DNA from: Alphaproteobacteria bacterium
GTDB taxonomy: Bacteria; Pseudomonadota; Alphaproteobacteria; MPNO01; UBA830
Assembly (NCBI GenBank): GCA_965243135.1
Contig: OZ251539.1
Location: 1,216,001 to 1,280,000 of the forward strand
Reading direction: 5' to 3'
Length of the DNA: 64,000 bases
The position numbers were made by a program, and so were the translations under genes. How positions within the stretch are numbered: position 1 is the stretch's first letter; every line of letters starts with the position of its first letter. Under the pieces are notes generated by a model, which did no database searches, had not been told where the DNA came from, and saw only the letters and a program-made list of their open reading frames with translations. This document shows, piece by piece, positions 55,311-64,000 of the stretch.

Positions 55311-56162
55311 ATGATCACCGAATCCAGCGACGTCATTCTCGGCCACGCGTTCAAGGCCGTGAAGGTCGACATCTCCGACCGCATCCTCACGCTCACTCTC
55401 GCGCGCCCGGAGCGATTGAACACCTTCAACGAAGACATGAAGGAAGATTTCCGCTGGCTCGAGCGCCGCATCGAGGCCAACGACGAGATTCGCGTCGCGG
55501 TCGTCAACGCCGAGGGCGAGATTCGCGTCGCGGTCGTCAACGCCGAGGGCGAGAAGGCGTTCGGCGCGGGGGCCGACGTATCATGGTTCGAGCAGGACTT
55601 TTTGACCGAGCGCTTTCGCATCGAGTACCGCTGGATCCACGATTTTTTCGACCGTCTCGAACGCATCGAAATCCCGGTGATCGCCGCCATCCAGGGCATT
55701 TGCGCCTGCGGCGGGCTGGAACTCGCCATGTCCTGCGATTTCAGGATCGCCACGGAAGACGCGCGGTTCGGCTTCACCGAGGGCAACATCAACCTGATTC
55801 CCGGGTCCGGCGGCTGCTCGCGCCTGGTGCGCATGATCGGGCCGGGCTGGGCGAAGGAACTGGTGTTGGCGGGGGAGTTCATCGACGCGGAAAGGGCGCA
55901 GCAGATCGGCCTCGTCACGCGGGTAGTTCCGCGCGAGCGATTGCAGGCCGAGGCGCGCGCCCTCGCCGAGAAACTCGTCGCGAAGGCGCCTGCCGCGCTG
56001 GGCCTCGCCAAGGCGATCCTGAATACCTGTCAGAACATCGATACGGCGTCGGGGCGCGTGCTCGAGCGGATCGGCCAGTCCGTGCTGATAAGGTCCGAAG
56101 ACCACAAGGAGGGCGTCCGGGCGTTCCGCGAGAAGCGGAAGCCGCAATACTCGGGGCGCTGA
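55311..56162 (+). CDS. Enoyl-CoA hydratase/isomerase family protein
   Basis: AFGAGAD, GGLELAMSCDFRIA, FGFTE...PGSGG, EGVRAFREKRKP. Confidence 0.92.
   Translation: MITESSDVILGHAFKAVKVDISDRILTLTLARPERLNTFNEDMKEDFRWLERRIEANDEIRVAVVNAEGEIRVAVVNAEGEKAFGAGADVSWFEQDFLTERFRIEYRWIHDFFDRLERIEIPVIAAIQGICACGGLELAMSCDFRIATEDARFGFTEGNINLIPGSGGCSRLVRMIGPGWAKELVLAGEFIDAERAQQIGLVTRVVPRERLQAEARALAEKLVAKAPAALGLAKAILNTCQNIDTASGRVLERIGQSVLIRSEDHKEGVRAFREKRKPQYSGR
55484..55554 (+). repeat. Perfect 33-bp in-frame tandem duplication
   Basis: EIRVAVVNAEG occurs twice with identical nucleotides. Confidence 0.95.
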
Positions 56163-56302
56163 GCCGCCGGTTCAGCGGTCGAGGTCGACCTGACCGGCCC
56201 GCAAGGCCCCTCCTGCCGTTTTTGCGGCGGCGCCCAGTTCGGGCAGCGACCACGCAGCTGCGCGCTGGGCGGGGATGCGCCCGAAAAGGGCGGGGCAGGG
56301 GT

Positions 56303-56410
56303 CTTTCAACTCCCCCATTGTCGGGTCTTTGAGCGTGTCGTCGTTCCGCAGGTAGAACGCAAGCCTTGGCCGTAGCCTTGCCGGATGGTCCCGGGCAACG
56401 GTCGGCGTTG
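56303..56410 (-). mobile_element. Terminal relic of the same IS4-family element as 1027-3267
   Basis: CTTTCAACTCCCCCATTGTCGGGTC...GATGGTCCCGGGCAA aligns with 1027-1140. Confidence 0.75.
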
Positions 56411-56982
56411 AGATGGACAGGGCGAAGAGCGGCGCGATCATTGCCAGACGCTGCCCGCGAGGAGACGGCAGCGGCGATGCGAGAGGCGAAAGCTGCCGGC
56501 CGGAAGACCTCCGCGGTCAGTTTTCGAACGGCTTGCACGGCGCGAGCGCCGGCGAGCTTGCGGCGGGCAACGTCCGTGCGAACGAACGATGGAGGTTCCA
56601 GGTTCAGAAGCGCCCGGCCCACGCCGTCTTCCGCGGCTCCGGATGCCTCGCGCGTTAACGGGCCGACGGGTCTCCGCACCGCAACCCGGAAAGCCGCGCG
56701 ACCCGCCGGAGGCCCGAAGCGGTCATCGGCGCTTGGTCAGTTCAAAATATTCTCGGCACGCCTCGAAGGCGAACTGCCAAGACGAGTCCGAAGCGTTATG
56801 ATGCCGCGAGGCGAGCACTTGCCTGAAGGACATCCCGCCGAGGGCGCTCGTCTACCCCTTTCGAACTCAGGAGACAGGTCGTTGTTTGCCCGAAACCGGC
56901 AGATAGTCAGCGCCGTGCGTCTCCGGAAACGGCTTGCGCCGTTTGCGTTTCGCGAAGCCGCAGAGCCGACGGAGATTGCAGC

Positions 56983-58593
56983 ATGAGGATGCGTTCCCGC
57001 GGAATGCTGCGGCTGGTTGCGATCCTCGTCTCGACGGCAGCGGTCGCAGGGGCGGCGGATCGGCTTGCCGCCCAGAAACTTGGCGAACCCGCCGCGAAAC
57101 CCGAAACCGGGATTGCGCTGCTTGACCGCCGCCCGCCGCCGACAACCCAACAGGCACCGGACGATGCGGCAGTTGTCGAGATTGAACGCCGCCTCATCGA
57201 AATTGAACGCCGCTTCATCGAACTCCATAACGAAGACAACGAACTCAGGAAGGAGATTCTCCTGGGCCGCAGCAAATTGGTCGACCGGTGGCTTGACGCA
57301 GTCGCCGTTCTGCTGACCACGTTCGGCGTTATTCTCGCCATTGTCGGTATTATTGCCGGTACTGTCAGCTTCAGGAGATTTCGCGAAATCGAGAGGGAAG
57401 CGAAGGAGAGCGCGAGCGCGGCCCAGCTACAAGCAGAAAAGGCTGCGAGCCTCGCCGACGACATCAAGGCAACGAAACAAGAGACCGACTCCATTCTCGA
57501 TAGCATGGAAACCACTTCGGAATCCGTTGACGACGATCCGGAAAAGGCGGACAAAGCCGCAAGAAGCGTTCAGGAGAATCCGGCGGCGACTTTTGTGGAG
57601 CGGGCGATCGCAAATGCTATCTTGCTTCAGGGATCGGGAAATTTTGAGGCGGCAATCGAAAAATGGCGATCAATTGCCAACCTTTCGGAAGAAACCGATC
57701 AAGGCCTCGCGGCGCGGTCGTGGTTTTCCGTCGGATATCTACGTCAGGAAATGTCCGACACCGAAGCGGCGATAGTGGCCTATGACAAAGCCCTACAAAA
57801 GAACCCTGGTTTTGCCGAAGCCTACAACAACCGCGGCATCGCCATGAGCGATCTGGAACGGCACGAAAATGCCCTCGCGGATTACGGCGAGGCGATCCGA
57901 CTCAGACAGGACTATGCCGAAGCCTACAACAACCGCGGCGTCGCCAAGAACAAGCTGGGACGGCACGAAGATGCCGTGGCGGATTACGACGAGGCGATCC
58001 GGCTCCAGCCGGACGATGCCGCTGCCTACAACAACCGCGGCTACGTCAGGAGCGATCTGGAACAGTACGAAGAGGCCCTCGCGGATTACGGCAAGGCGAT
58101 CCGGCTCAAGCCGGACTATGCCGAAGCCTACAACAACCGCGGCATCGCCAAGAACAAGCTGGGACGGCACGAAGATGCCGTGGCGGATTACGACGAGGCG
58201 ATCCGGCTCAGCCCAGACTATGCCATTGCCTACAACAGCCGCGGCGTTGGCAAGAGCGATCTGGAACGGTACGAAGATGCCCTGACGGATTACGACGAGG
58301 CGATCCGGCTCAAGCCGGACTATGCCGAAGCCTACAACAACCGCGGCAACGCCAAGAGAAATCTGGAACGGTACGAAGATGCCGTGGCGGATTACGACGA
58401 GGCGATCCGGCTCCGGCCGGACTTTATCTTAACATATTACAATCGGGGGCGGACAAATATGAAATTGGGACATGTGAGCAAAGCATGCCAAGACTTCATG
58501 AGAACGCTTGCCATGGCTCAAGAAAAAGGCGACGAAAAACTTGCCAATGCCGCGAAAGAAGCCCTTGGAATATCGCTCGACGGAAACGAATGA
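56983..58593 (+). CDS. Membrane-anchored tetratricopeptide-repeat protein
   Basis: Signal-like N-terminus, one TM helix, coiled coil, 34-aa AEAYNNRG...DYDEAIRL repeats. Confidence 0.9.
   Translation: MRMRSRGMLRLVAILVSTAAVAGAADRLAAQKLGEPAAKPETGIALLDRRPPPTTQQAPDDAAVVEIERRLIEIERRFIELHNEDNELRKEILLGRSKLVDRWLDAVAVLLTTFGVILAIVGIIAGTVSFRRFREIEREAKESASAAQLQAEKAASLADDIKATKQETDSILDSMETTSESVDDDPEKADKAARSVQENPAATFVERAIANAILLQGSGNFEAAIEKWRSIANLSEETDQGLAARSWFSVGYLRQEMSDTEAAIVAYDKALQKNPGFAEAYNNRGIAMSDLERHENALADYGEAIRLRQDYAEAYNNRGVAKNKLGRHEDAVADYDEAIRLQPDDAAAYNNRGYVRSDLEQYEEALADYGKAIRLKPDYAEAYNNRGIAKNKLGRHEDAVADYDEAIRLSPDYAIAYNSRGVGKSDLERYEDALTDYDEAIRLKPDYAEAYNNRGNAKRNLERYEDAVADYDEAIRLRPDFILTYYNRGRTNMKLGHVSKACQDFMRTLAMAQEKGDEKLANAAKEALGISLDGNE
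57811..58422 (+). repeat. Six 102-bp TPR-coding tandem repeats
   Basis: Near-identical nucleotide units with alternating A/B pattern. Confidence 0.9.
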
Positions 58594-59237
58594 TGCACAA
58601 GACCGGCGTTACGGCTCCGGGCGAAATTCGGCAGCGGACTCCGAAAACATCCTTCTCTTTCAACTCAGCAATGCGATGCAGGCGGTCGGAATCGCCCCCG
58701 CGAATGCGCGGTTGCCCGAACGGCTGAAGCGCCTGAACGGAAGGCGATGGCGTTTCGCCGAATGGAGCATGTTCGCTTGAAGAACGAGCGCGAAGCGGCA
58801 CCGGAAGTTTCGGACCGCGGAGACGCGGAGCGCCTCGGAGCTTGCCCGAGTGTCGCTGGCGAAGGAGCGCTTGCAGGTGAAAAAAGTCGGGACAGCTGCC
58901 CCGCAGCCGGATGGTCAATGCCGCAACGGAGCGGAAATCAGGCGCGCCGTCGAAGAGGCGGTCCACCGACGGATGACGGACCCGGAAACCACGTAGCGTG
59001 CTGCGCGCCGTGGGGCTTCTCGTCGGCGACACCCCGCGGCGCGCGGGCATCGTGCCGTTCGGGCGCGCCGAATGCACGAACATGCCGCAATGCTTGTGCG
59101 CTCCTACGCGGCCGGTCCGAGCGTTTGGACGACCGCGGTTCAACGGCAACATCTTCACGCTTCTTGCGCAGGGGAGCGCTTCCTGCACTCCGCCCGGCAG
59201 GTTCGAGGCCGGATGCGAGCCGCCGCCGCTCGCGACA

Positions 59238-59410
59238 CGCGAGGCTCTCGTGAACGCCTTTTGGCCTACGCGATTCGCGGCGCCCTCGTGAACGCGACGG
59301 TCTACGACGACCGCCTGGAGATCGTGTCCTCCGACCTTCCGGCTTCCGGGTTGAGTTCGGAAAACCGTTCGCGCCGCACGATCGCCTGCAGCCGAACCCG
59401 CGGATCGCTG
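59238..59410 (+). pseudogene. Fragment of RecG-C/HATPase_c_4 (AlbA_2-associated) ATP-binding gene
   Basis: REALVNA and ALVNA.VYDDRLEIVS..LP..GLS.E motifs in broken frames. Confidence 0.5.
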
Positions 59411-60360
59411 AGGATGATGGAATGGACTTCCTCTGCGGGGTAGCCCGTCCGGAGGAAAGCCAAGGTAGGCGTTCGCTACCCGGGGGACGAAAAAATTTCG
59501 TCCGGGGACCGTACACGGGATCCTTCACCCCTCGTTTTTGCTTCGAAGCGACCGACGGACGAGGGGCTTTGCCGCCGGCAACGGCCCTCCGGCGGCGGGA
59601 CGAGGCGCGCCAGAAAGCGGAAGCGTCGCGCGGAAGCAAGTCAGCAGGCGACGTTCCGGAAAACGCGGCGGGCAACGAACTGAAACGCCTGAAGTCGGCC
59701 TCTTCGGCGAACGAGCGGGCCGCCCGCGGCGAAGCCGAGGGAGCGCGTCGACGAACGCGGCAACGCCCGCAGCGCGCAACTGCAAGCTTGACAAGTTCGA
59801 GAGCGAGCGCACCCGACGCGCGCAGGAGAGCGGCGCGGAACGAGAAGCCCGGCGGGGCGATAGCCCGGGTCGCCGTCGCGCGGACGCGCGCCGCGTTTGC
59901 CGGGTTCCTGGCCGCTGTCAGCGGCAAGCCTTGCGCGAGAAATGGAGAAAAGGCCACTCGTCGAGTTTCGCGCCGCGGCGTTGTCGCCGGCCCGGCACCG
60001 AGATGATCGCGCGTGCGGAAGCGGGAGGTGCGCCGGCGCCGCGGCCGGTCGCGAACGACGGCGTCGGTACCGGGACTTGCGCCCCGCGCGACCGCGACAG
60101 TCGCTCGACTTCGAGGTCTTGCCGACGGGGAACGGCGTCAGGCGCCCCTTGTTCGCGCCCCGTCCGCCGACATCGTTCGTTCGGCGACGGTTTCCGGCGC
60201 GGCGGTCCGGCGGCCGGCTGTCAGCGCCTTGAGCGCCATCATGTTCTCTTCCTGGCGGCGTTCTTCGGCTGCGCGCCGCTCCTGCGTGGCCGTGCGCTGT
60301 TCTTGCTCGCGTTCGTCGTTGGCGCAAATGCCGTACGCCAACGGCCGCTACGACGGCCGC

Positions 60361-60534
60361 TGCGCGACGCTCTTCGCAGCCGCAGTACGCTGGCCCCGCG
60401 GACGCTTTCCCGCGACTTTTCAGGCGCTTACCGGTCGAGTGCCGCACGAGCGACGAGCGCTGCCGCCTTTGACGAAGCGCAGGCCGAACCCGCGGCGGCG
60501 TTCTTTCGCGGAGGCGGCCGTGACGGGAAGCCGT
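60361..60534. repeat. ~175-bp trailer duplicated at 62241-62417
   Basis: TGCGCGACGCTCTTCGCAGCCGCAGTACG...GTGACGGGAAGCCGT in both places. Confidence 0.9.
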
Positions 60535-62068
60535 TCAGGCGGCCTCGCAGTCGAACCCGACGACGTTGCGCTCCTCGCGGCTGAACTCCACCCCGATCAG
60601 GTGGACCGAACGTCCGAGACGGCGGTACTTGTCCGCATATCCCTTCTCCCGCAACTGCGCGAGCGCGGTCCCCTCCCGCCCGCGCTCCACCACCTTGAAC
60701 TCGAACAGGTAGACGCGCCCGCCGACGCGGATCGCCATGTCGGCGCGCCCCCGGCTGCCGCTGTCCTCGGCGACCGGCTCAAGGCCCTCCATCAGGAAGC
60801 AACTGTGGATGACGCTCGCGTAGTGGGCCTCGTACTTCGCGACGGGGCTGTTCATGTACCACTGGTGCGGGATGGCGGCGAAGACGCCGCGGAACAGGGT
60901 TTCGAGACGCTTGAAGTCGTTCGCCTCCAGCAATTCGCCCAGCCGCAGGTTCTCCGTCTCCTCGCGGGCCTCGGCCGGGAGCAGTTCTTCCAGCAGGGCC
61001 TCGCCCAGGCTCTGGCGCACCTCGAGGTTCGGGTAGTCCAGCCTGTAGCGCCCGTCCTCCTCGCCGGCGATGGTGAGGTAGCCGGTCTGGAACAGAAGCG
61101 CCTGGACCGACATCCTGTCCACGTCGAAGGCCGAGAGCAGGCTCTCGCTGCCGATCATGCCGTCCAGGCGGGGAGTGGGCAGGTTGCGGCGCGCCAGCGT
61201 CTCGATCAGGAAGGTCGGCGTGCCGCTCTCGAACCAGTAGTTGCCGAACCTGCGCTCGGCGAACAGCAGCAGGAGGCCGAACGGATTGTAGAGCTTCTCC
61301 GGCCCGCGCCAGTTGTAGCCGTTGTACCAGCGGCGGATTTCGTCCCGGTCCAGGCCCTCCAGTTCCGGGGCGAAGACCGCGTCCAGTTCCGCGTCCGTGC
61401 AGCCGCAGATGTCCGAGAACTCCGGAGCCAGCGTGATGTCGCGCAGGTTGTTCAGGCCCGAGAACAGGCCTGCCTTCGAGAACTTGCTCACCCCCGTCAG
61501 GAAAACGAAACGGAGATGCTCGTCGCAGTCTTTGATCACCCCGTACAGGTCGCGCAGGAAGCCGCGGTTGGCCAGCGCCAGTTCCCGGTCTCCGAGCGCG
61601 TCCAGAATCGGCTTGTCGTACTCGTCCACCAGCACGACCACGCGCCGCCCGGCGCGCTCGTGCAGTTCGGAGATCAGATGGTGAAGGCGGTCGGAGGCGT
61701 CCGGGTAGCCGCATTGGACGCCGGCGCGCTTTTCGGCGGCGTCGAGCTGCATCATCGCGTTCCTGTGCAGCCGGTCGGGGACGACGAAATTGCGCCCGCC
61801 GAAGCTGAGCCGCACGACGGCGCGTCGACCAGTCCCACTTGTCGTGCACGGCGAGGCCCCGGAACAACTCCTCGCTTCCCTCGAACAGCTTCTGCAGCGT
61901 GTCCACCAGCAGCGTCTTGCCGAACCGGCGCGGACGCGACAGGAAATAATACTGACCACCCTCGACGAGGCGGCGGACATGGTCCGTCTTGTCGACGTAG
62001 TAGCAGTCCATCTCTCCCCGAATTTTCCGGAGGGAAGTCAAGCCGATCGGAAGCATGCGTTTCGTCAT
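60535..62068 (-). pseudogene. AAA-ATPase-like + PD-(D/E)XK nuclease, copy 6 (one frameshift near 61820)
   Basis: N-terminus in ORF 60779-62221, remainder in ORF 60535-61980. Confidence 0.88.
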
Positions 62069-62074
62069 CCGGAG

Positions 62075-62103
62075 AGGGTAAGCCGCCGCGCCGGAGTCGT
62101 CAA
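62075..62103 (-). promoter_or_regulatory. Sigma70-type promoter of copy 6
   Basis: TTGACG-N17-TACCCT-N6-ATG. Confidence 0.75.
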
Positions 62104-62417
62104 GAAGTCGGCAGTTTCCGCGGCGGTACGGGCGGCCGGCGGGGGAAAGCGCGGAGGCGAGCGAACCTGTCGCTCCGCGGAAGTCCTGCCCCGCTAAGGC
62201 GAGCGCGTTCGACACGCTCAACGCACGGCTTGGAGGCCGTTGCGCGACGCTCTTCGCAGCCGCAGTACGCCGGCCCGGACGCCTTCCCGCGACTTTTCAG
62301 GCGCTTACCGATCGAGCGCCGCGCGAGCGACGAGCGCTGCCGCCTTCGACGGAGCGCAGGCCGGACCCGCGTCGCGGACGGCGTTCTTTCGCGGAGGCGG
62401 CCGTGACGGGAAGCCGT

Positions 62418-63953
62418 TCAGGCGGGCTCGCAATCGAAGCCGACGACGTTGCGCTCTTCGCGGCTGAACTCTACCCCGATCAGGTGGACCGAACGTCCGA
62501 GACGGCGATACTTGTCAGCGTAGCCCTTCTCCCGCAACTGCGCGAGCGCGGTCCCCTCCCGCCCGCGCTCCACCACCTTGAACTCGAACAGGTAGACGCG
62601 CCCGCCGGCGCGGATCGCCATGTCGGCGCGCCCCCGGCTGCCGCTGTCCTCGGCCACCGGCTCGAGGCCCTCCATCAGGAAGCAGCTGTGGATGACGCTC
62701 GCGTAGTGGGCCTCGTATTTCGCGACCGGGCTGTTCATGTACCACTGGTGCGGGATGGCGGCGAAGACGCCGCGGAACAGGGTCTCGAGGCGCTCGAAAT
62801 CGTTCGCCTCCAGCAGTTCGCCCAGCTGCAGACGTTCCGTCTTCTTGCGGGCCTCGACCGGGAGCAGTTCTCCCAGCAGGGCCTCGCCCAGGCTCCGGCG
62901 CACCTCGAGGTTCGGGTAGTCCAGCCGGTAGCGCCCCTCCTCCTCGCCGGCGATGGTGAGGTAGCCGGTCTGGAACAGAAGCGCCTCGACCGAGATCCTG
63001 TCCACGTCGAAGGTCGAGAGCAGGCTCTCGCTGCCGGTCATGCCGTCCAGGTCGGGAGTGGGCAGGTCGCGGCGCGCCAGCGTCTCGACCAGGAAGGTCG
63101 GGGTGCCGCTCTGGAACCAGTACGGGCGGAACTCGCGCCGCCGAAACAGCAGCAGGAGGCCGAACGGGTTGTAGACCCTCTCCGGCCCGCGCCAGTTGTA
63201 GCCGTTATACCAGCACCGGACCTCGTCCCGGTCCAGGCCCTCGAGTTCCGGGGCGAAGACCGCGTCCAGTTCCGCGTCCGTATAGCCGCAAATGTCCGAG
63301 AACTCCGGCTCCAGCGTGACGTCGATCAGGTTGTTCAGGCCCGAGAACAGGCCTGCCTGCGAAAACTTGCTCACCCCCGTCAGGAAAACGAAGCGGAGAT
63401 GCCTGTCGCAGTCCTTGATCACCCCGTACAGGTCGCGCAGGAAGCCGCGGTTGGCCAGCGCCAGTTCCCGGTCGCCGAGCGCGTCCAGGATCGGCTTGTC
63501 GTACTCGTCCACCAGAACGACCGCCCGCTGCCCGGTGCGCTCGTGCAGTTCGGAGATCAGATGGTGCAGGCGGTCGGAGGCGTCCGGGTAGCCGCATTGG
63601 ACGCCGGCGCGCTTTTCGGCGGCGTCGAGCTGCATCATCGTGTTCCTGTGCAGCCGGTCGGGGACGACGAAATTGCGCCCGCCGAAACTGAGCCGCACAA
63701 CCGGATGGCGCGCCGACCAGTCCCACTTGCCGTGCACGGCGAGGCCCCGGAACAACTCCTCGCTCCCCTCGAACAACTCCTGCAGCGTGTCCACCAGGAG
63801 GGTCTTGCCGAACCGGCGCGGACGCGACAGGAAATAGTACTTGCCCATCTCGACGAGGCGGCGCACATGGTCCGTTTTGTCGACGTAGTAGCAATCCATC
63901 CCCTGGATCTCCCGGAGGGAGGAAAAGCCGATCGGAAGCATGCGTTTCGTCAT
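62418..63953 (-). CDS. AAA-ATPase-like + PD-(D/E)XK nuclease, copy 7 (intact, 511 aa)
   Basis: Intact ORF with the same motifs. Confidence 0.92.
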   Translation of the reverse strand: MTKRMLPIGFSSLREIQGMDCYYVDKTDHVRRLVEMGKYYFLSRPRRFGKTLLVDTLQELFEGSEELFRGLAVHGKWDWSARHPVVRLSFGGRNFVVPDRLHRNTMMQLDAAEKRAGVQCGYPDASDRLHHLISELHERTGQRAVVLVDEYDKPILDALGDRELALANRGFLRDLYGVIKDCDRHLRFVFLTGVSKFSQAGLFSGLNNLIDVTLEPEFSDICGYTDAELDAVFAPELEGLDRDEVRCWYNGYNWRGPERVYNPFGLLLLFRRREFRPYWFQSGTPTFLVETLARRDLPTPDLDGMTGSESLLSTFDVDRISVEALLFQTGYLTIAGEEEGRYRLDYPNLEVRRSLGEALLGELLPVEARKKTERLQLGELLEANDFERLETLFRGVFAAIPHQWYMNSPVAKYEAHYASVIHSCFLMEGLEPVAEDSGSRGRADMAIRAGGRVYLFEFKVVERGREGTALAQLREKGYADKYRRLGRSVHLIGVEFSREERNVVGFDCEPA

Positions 63954-63959
63954 CCGAAG

Positions 63960-63988
63960 AGGGTAGGCCGCCATGCCGGAGCCGTCAA
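63960..63988 (-). promoter_or_regulatory. Sigma70-type promoter of copy 7
   Basis: TTGACG-N17-TACCCT-N6-ATG. Confidence 0.75.
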
Positions 63989-64000
63989 GAAGTCAGCGGT

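Noticed and set aside
56303-56492. Complete MITE derived from the IS4 element
   Set aside because: A GAAAG near 56490 could be a right end, but there is no target duplication; kept only as a terminal relic
57811-58422. Tandem repeats as a CRISPR array
   Set aside because: In-frame 102-bp TPR-coding units with no unique spacers and no cas genes
60138-60341. Small coiled-coil ORF (RRQEENMMALKAL)
   Set aside because: No clear start or RBS; probably a decayed gene fragment
41020-63988. Paralog array as an integron cassette array
   Set aside because: No integrase and no convincing attC sites (RYYYAAC...GTTRRRY); each gene has its own promoter

Overview
High-GC alphaproteobacterial (Rhodospirillales-like) chromosomal window; the mix of TPR repeats, taurine uptake, several R-M systems, expanded AAA-ATPase paralogs and gene debris suggests a host-associated (e.g. 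sponge) symbiont, which is an inference. Core genes: uvrA, ssb, gyrA, coaD, tRNA-Lys(TTT), ribA and a taurine-type ABC transporter with two binding proteins. Accessory content dominates. (1) Seven paralogs of an AAA-ATPase-like + PD-(D/E)XK nuclease gene are combinatorial mosaics of each other, and the six with a visible 5' end each carry a near-identical sigma70-type promoter 6 nt before the ATG (probably leaderless). (2) A defence-like island between gyrA and coaD encodes a GHKL-ATPase/histidine-kinase fusion, a receiver protein, an unknown ORF, divergent N6-adenine and C5-cytosine methylases and a vsr relic. (3) An operon encodes two QueG/reductive-dehalogenase-like Fe-S proteins plus an aryl-CoA ligase. 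(4) A type III R-M system has a G18 tract that frameshifts mod. (5) Two IS elements with 9-bp target duplications each interrupt a gene; one is a DUF4338-transposase fusion. No CRISPR array or rRNA was seen. All family assignments come from motif recognition by eye; no searches were run.
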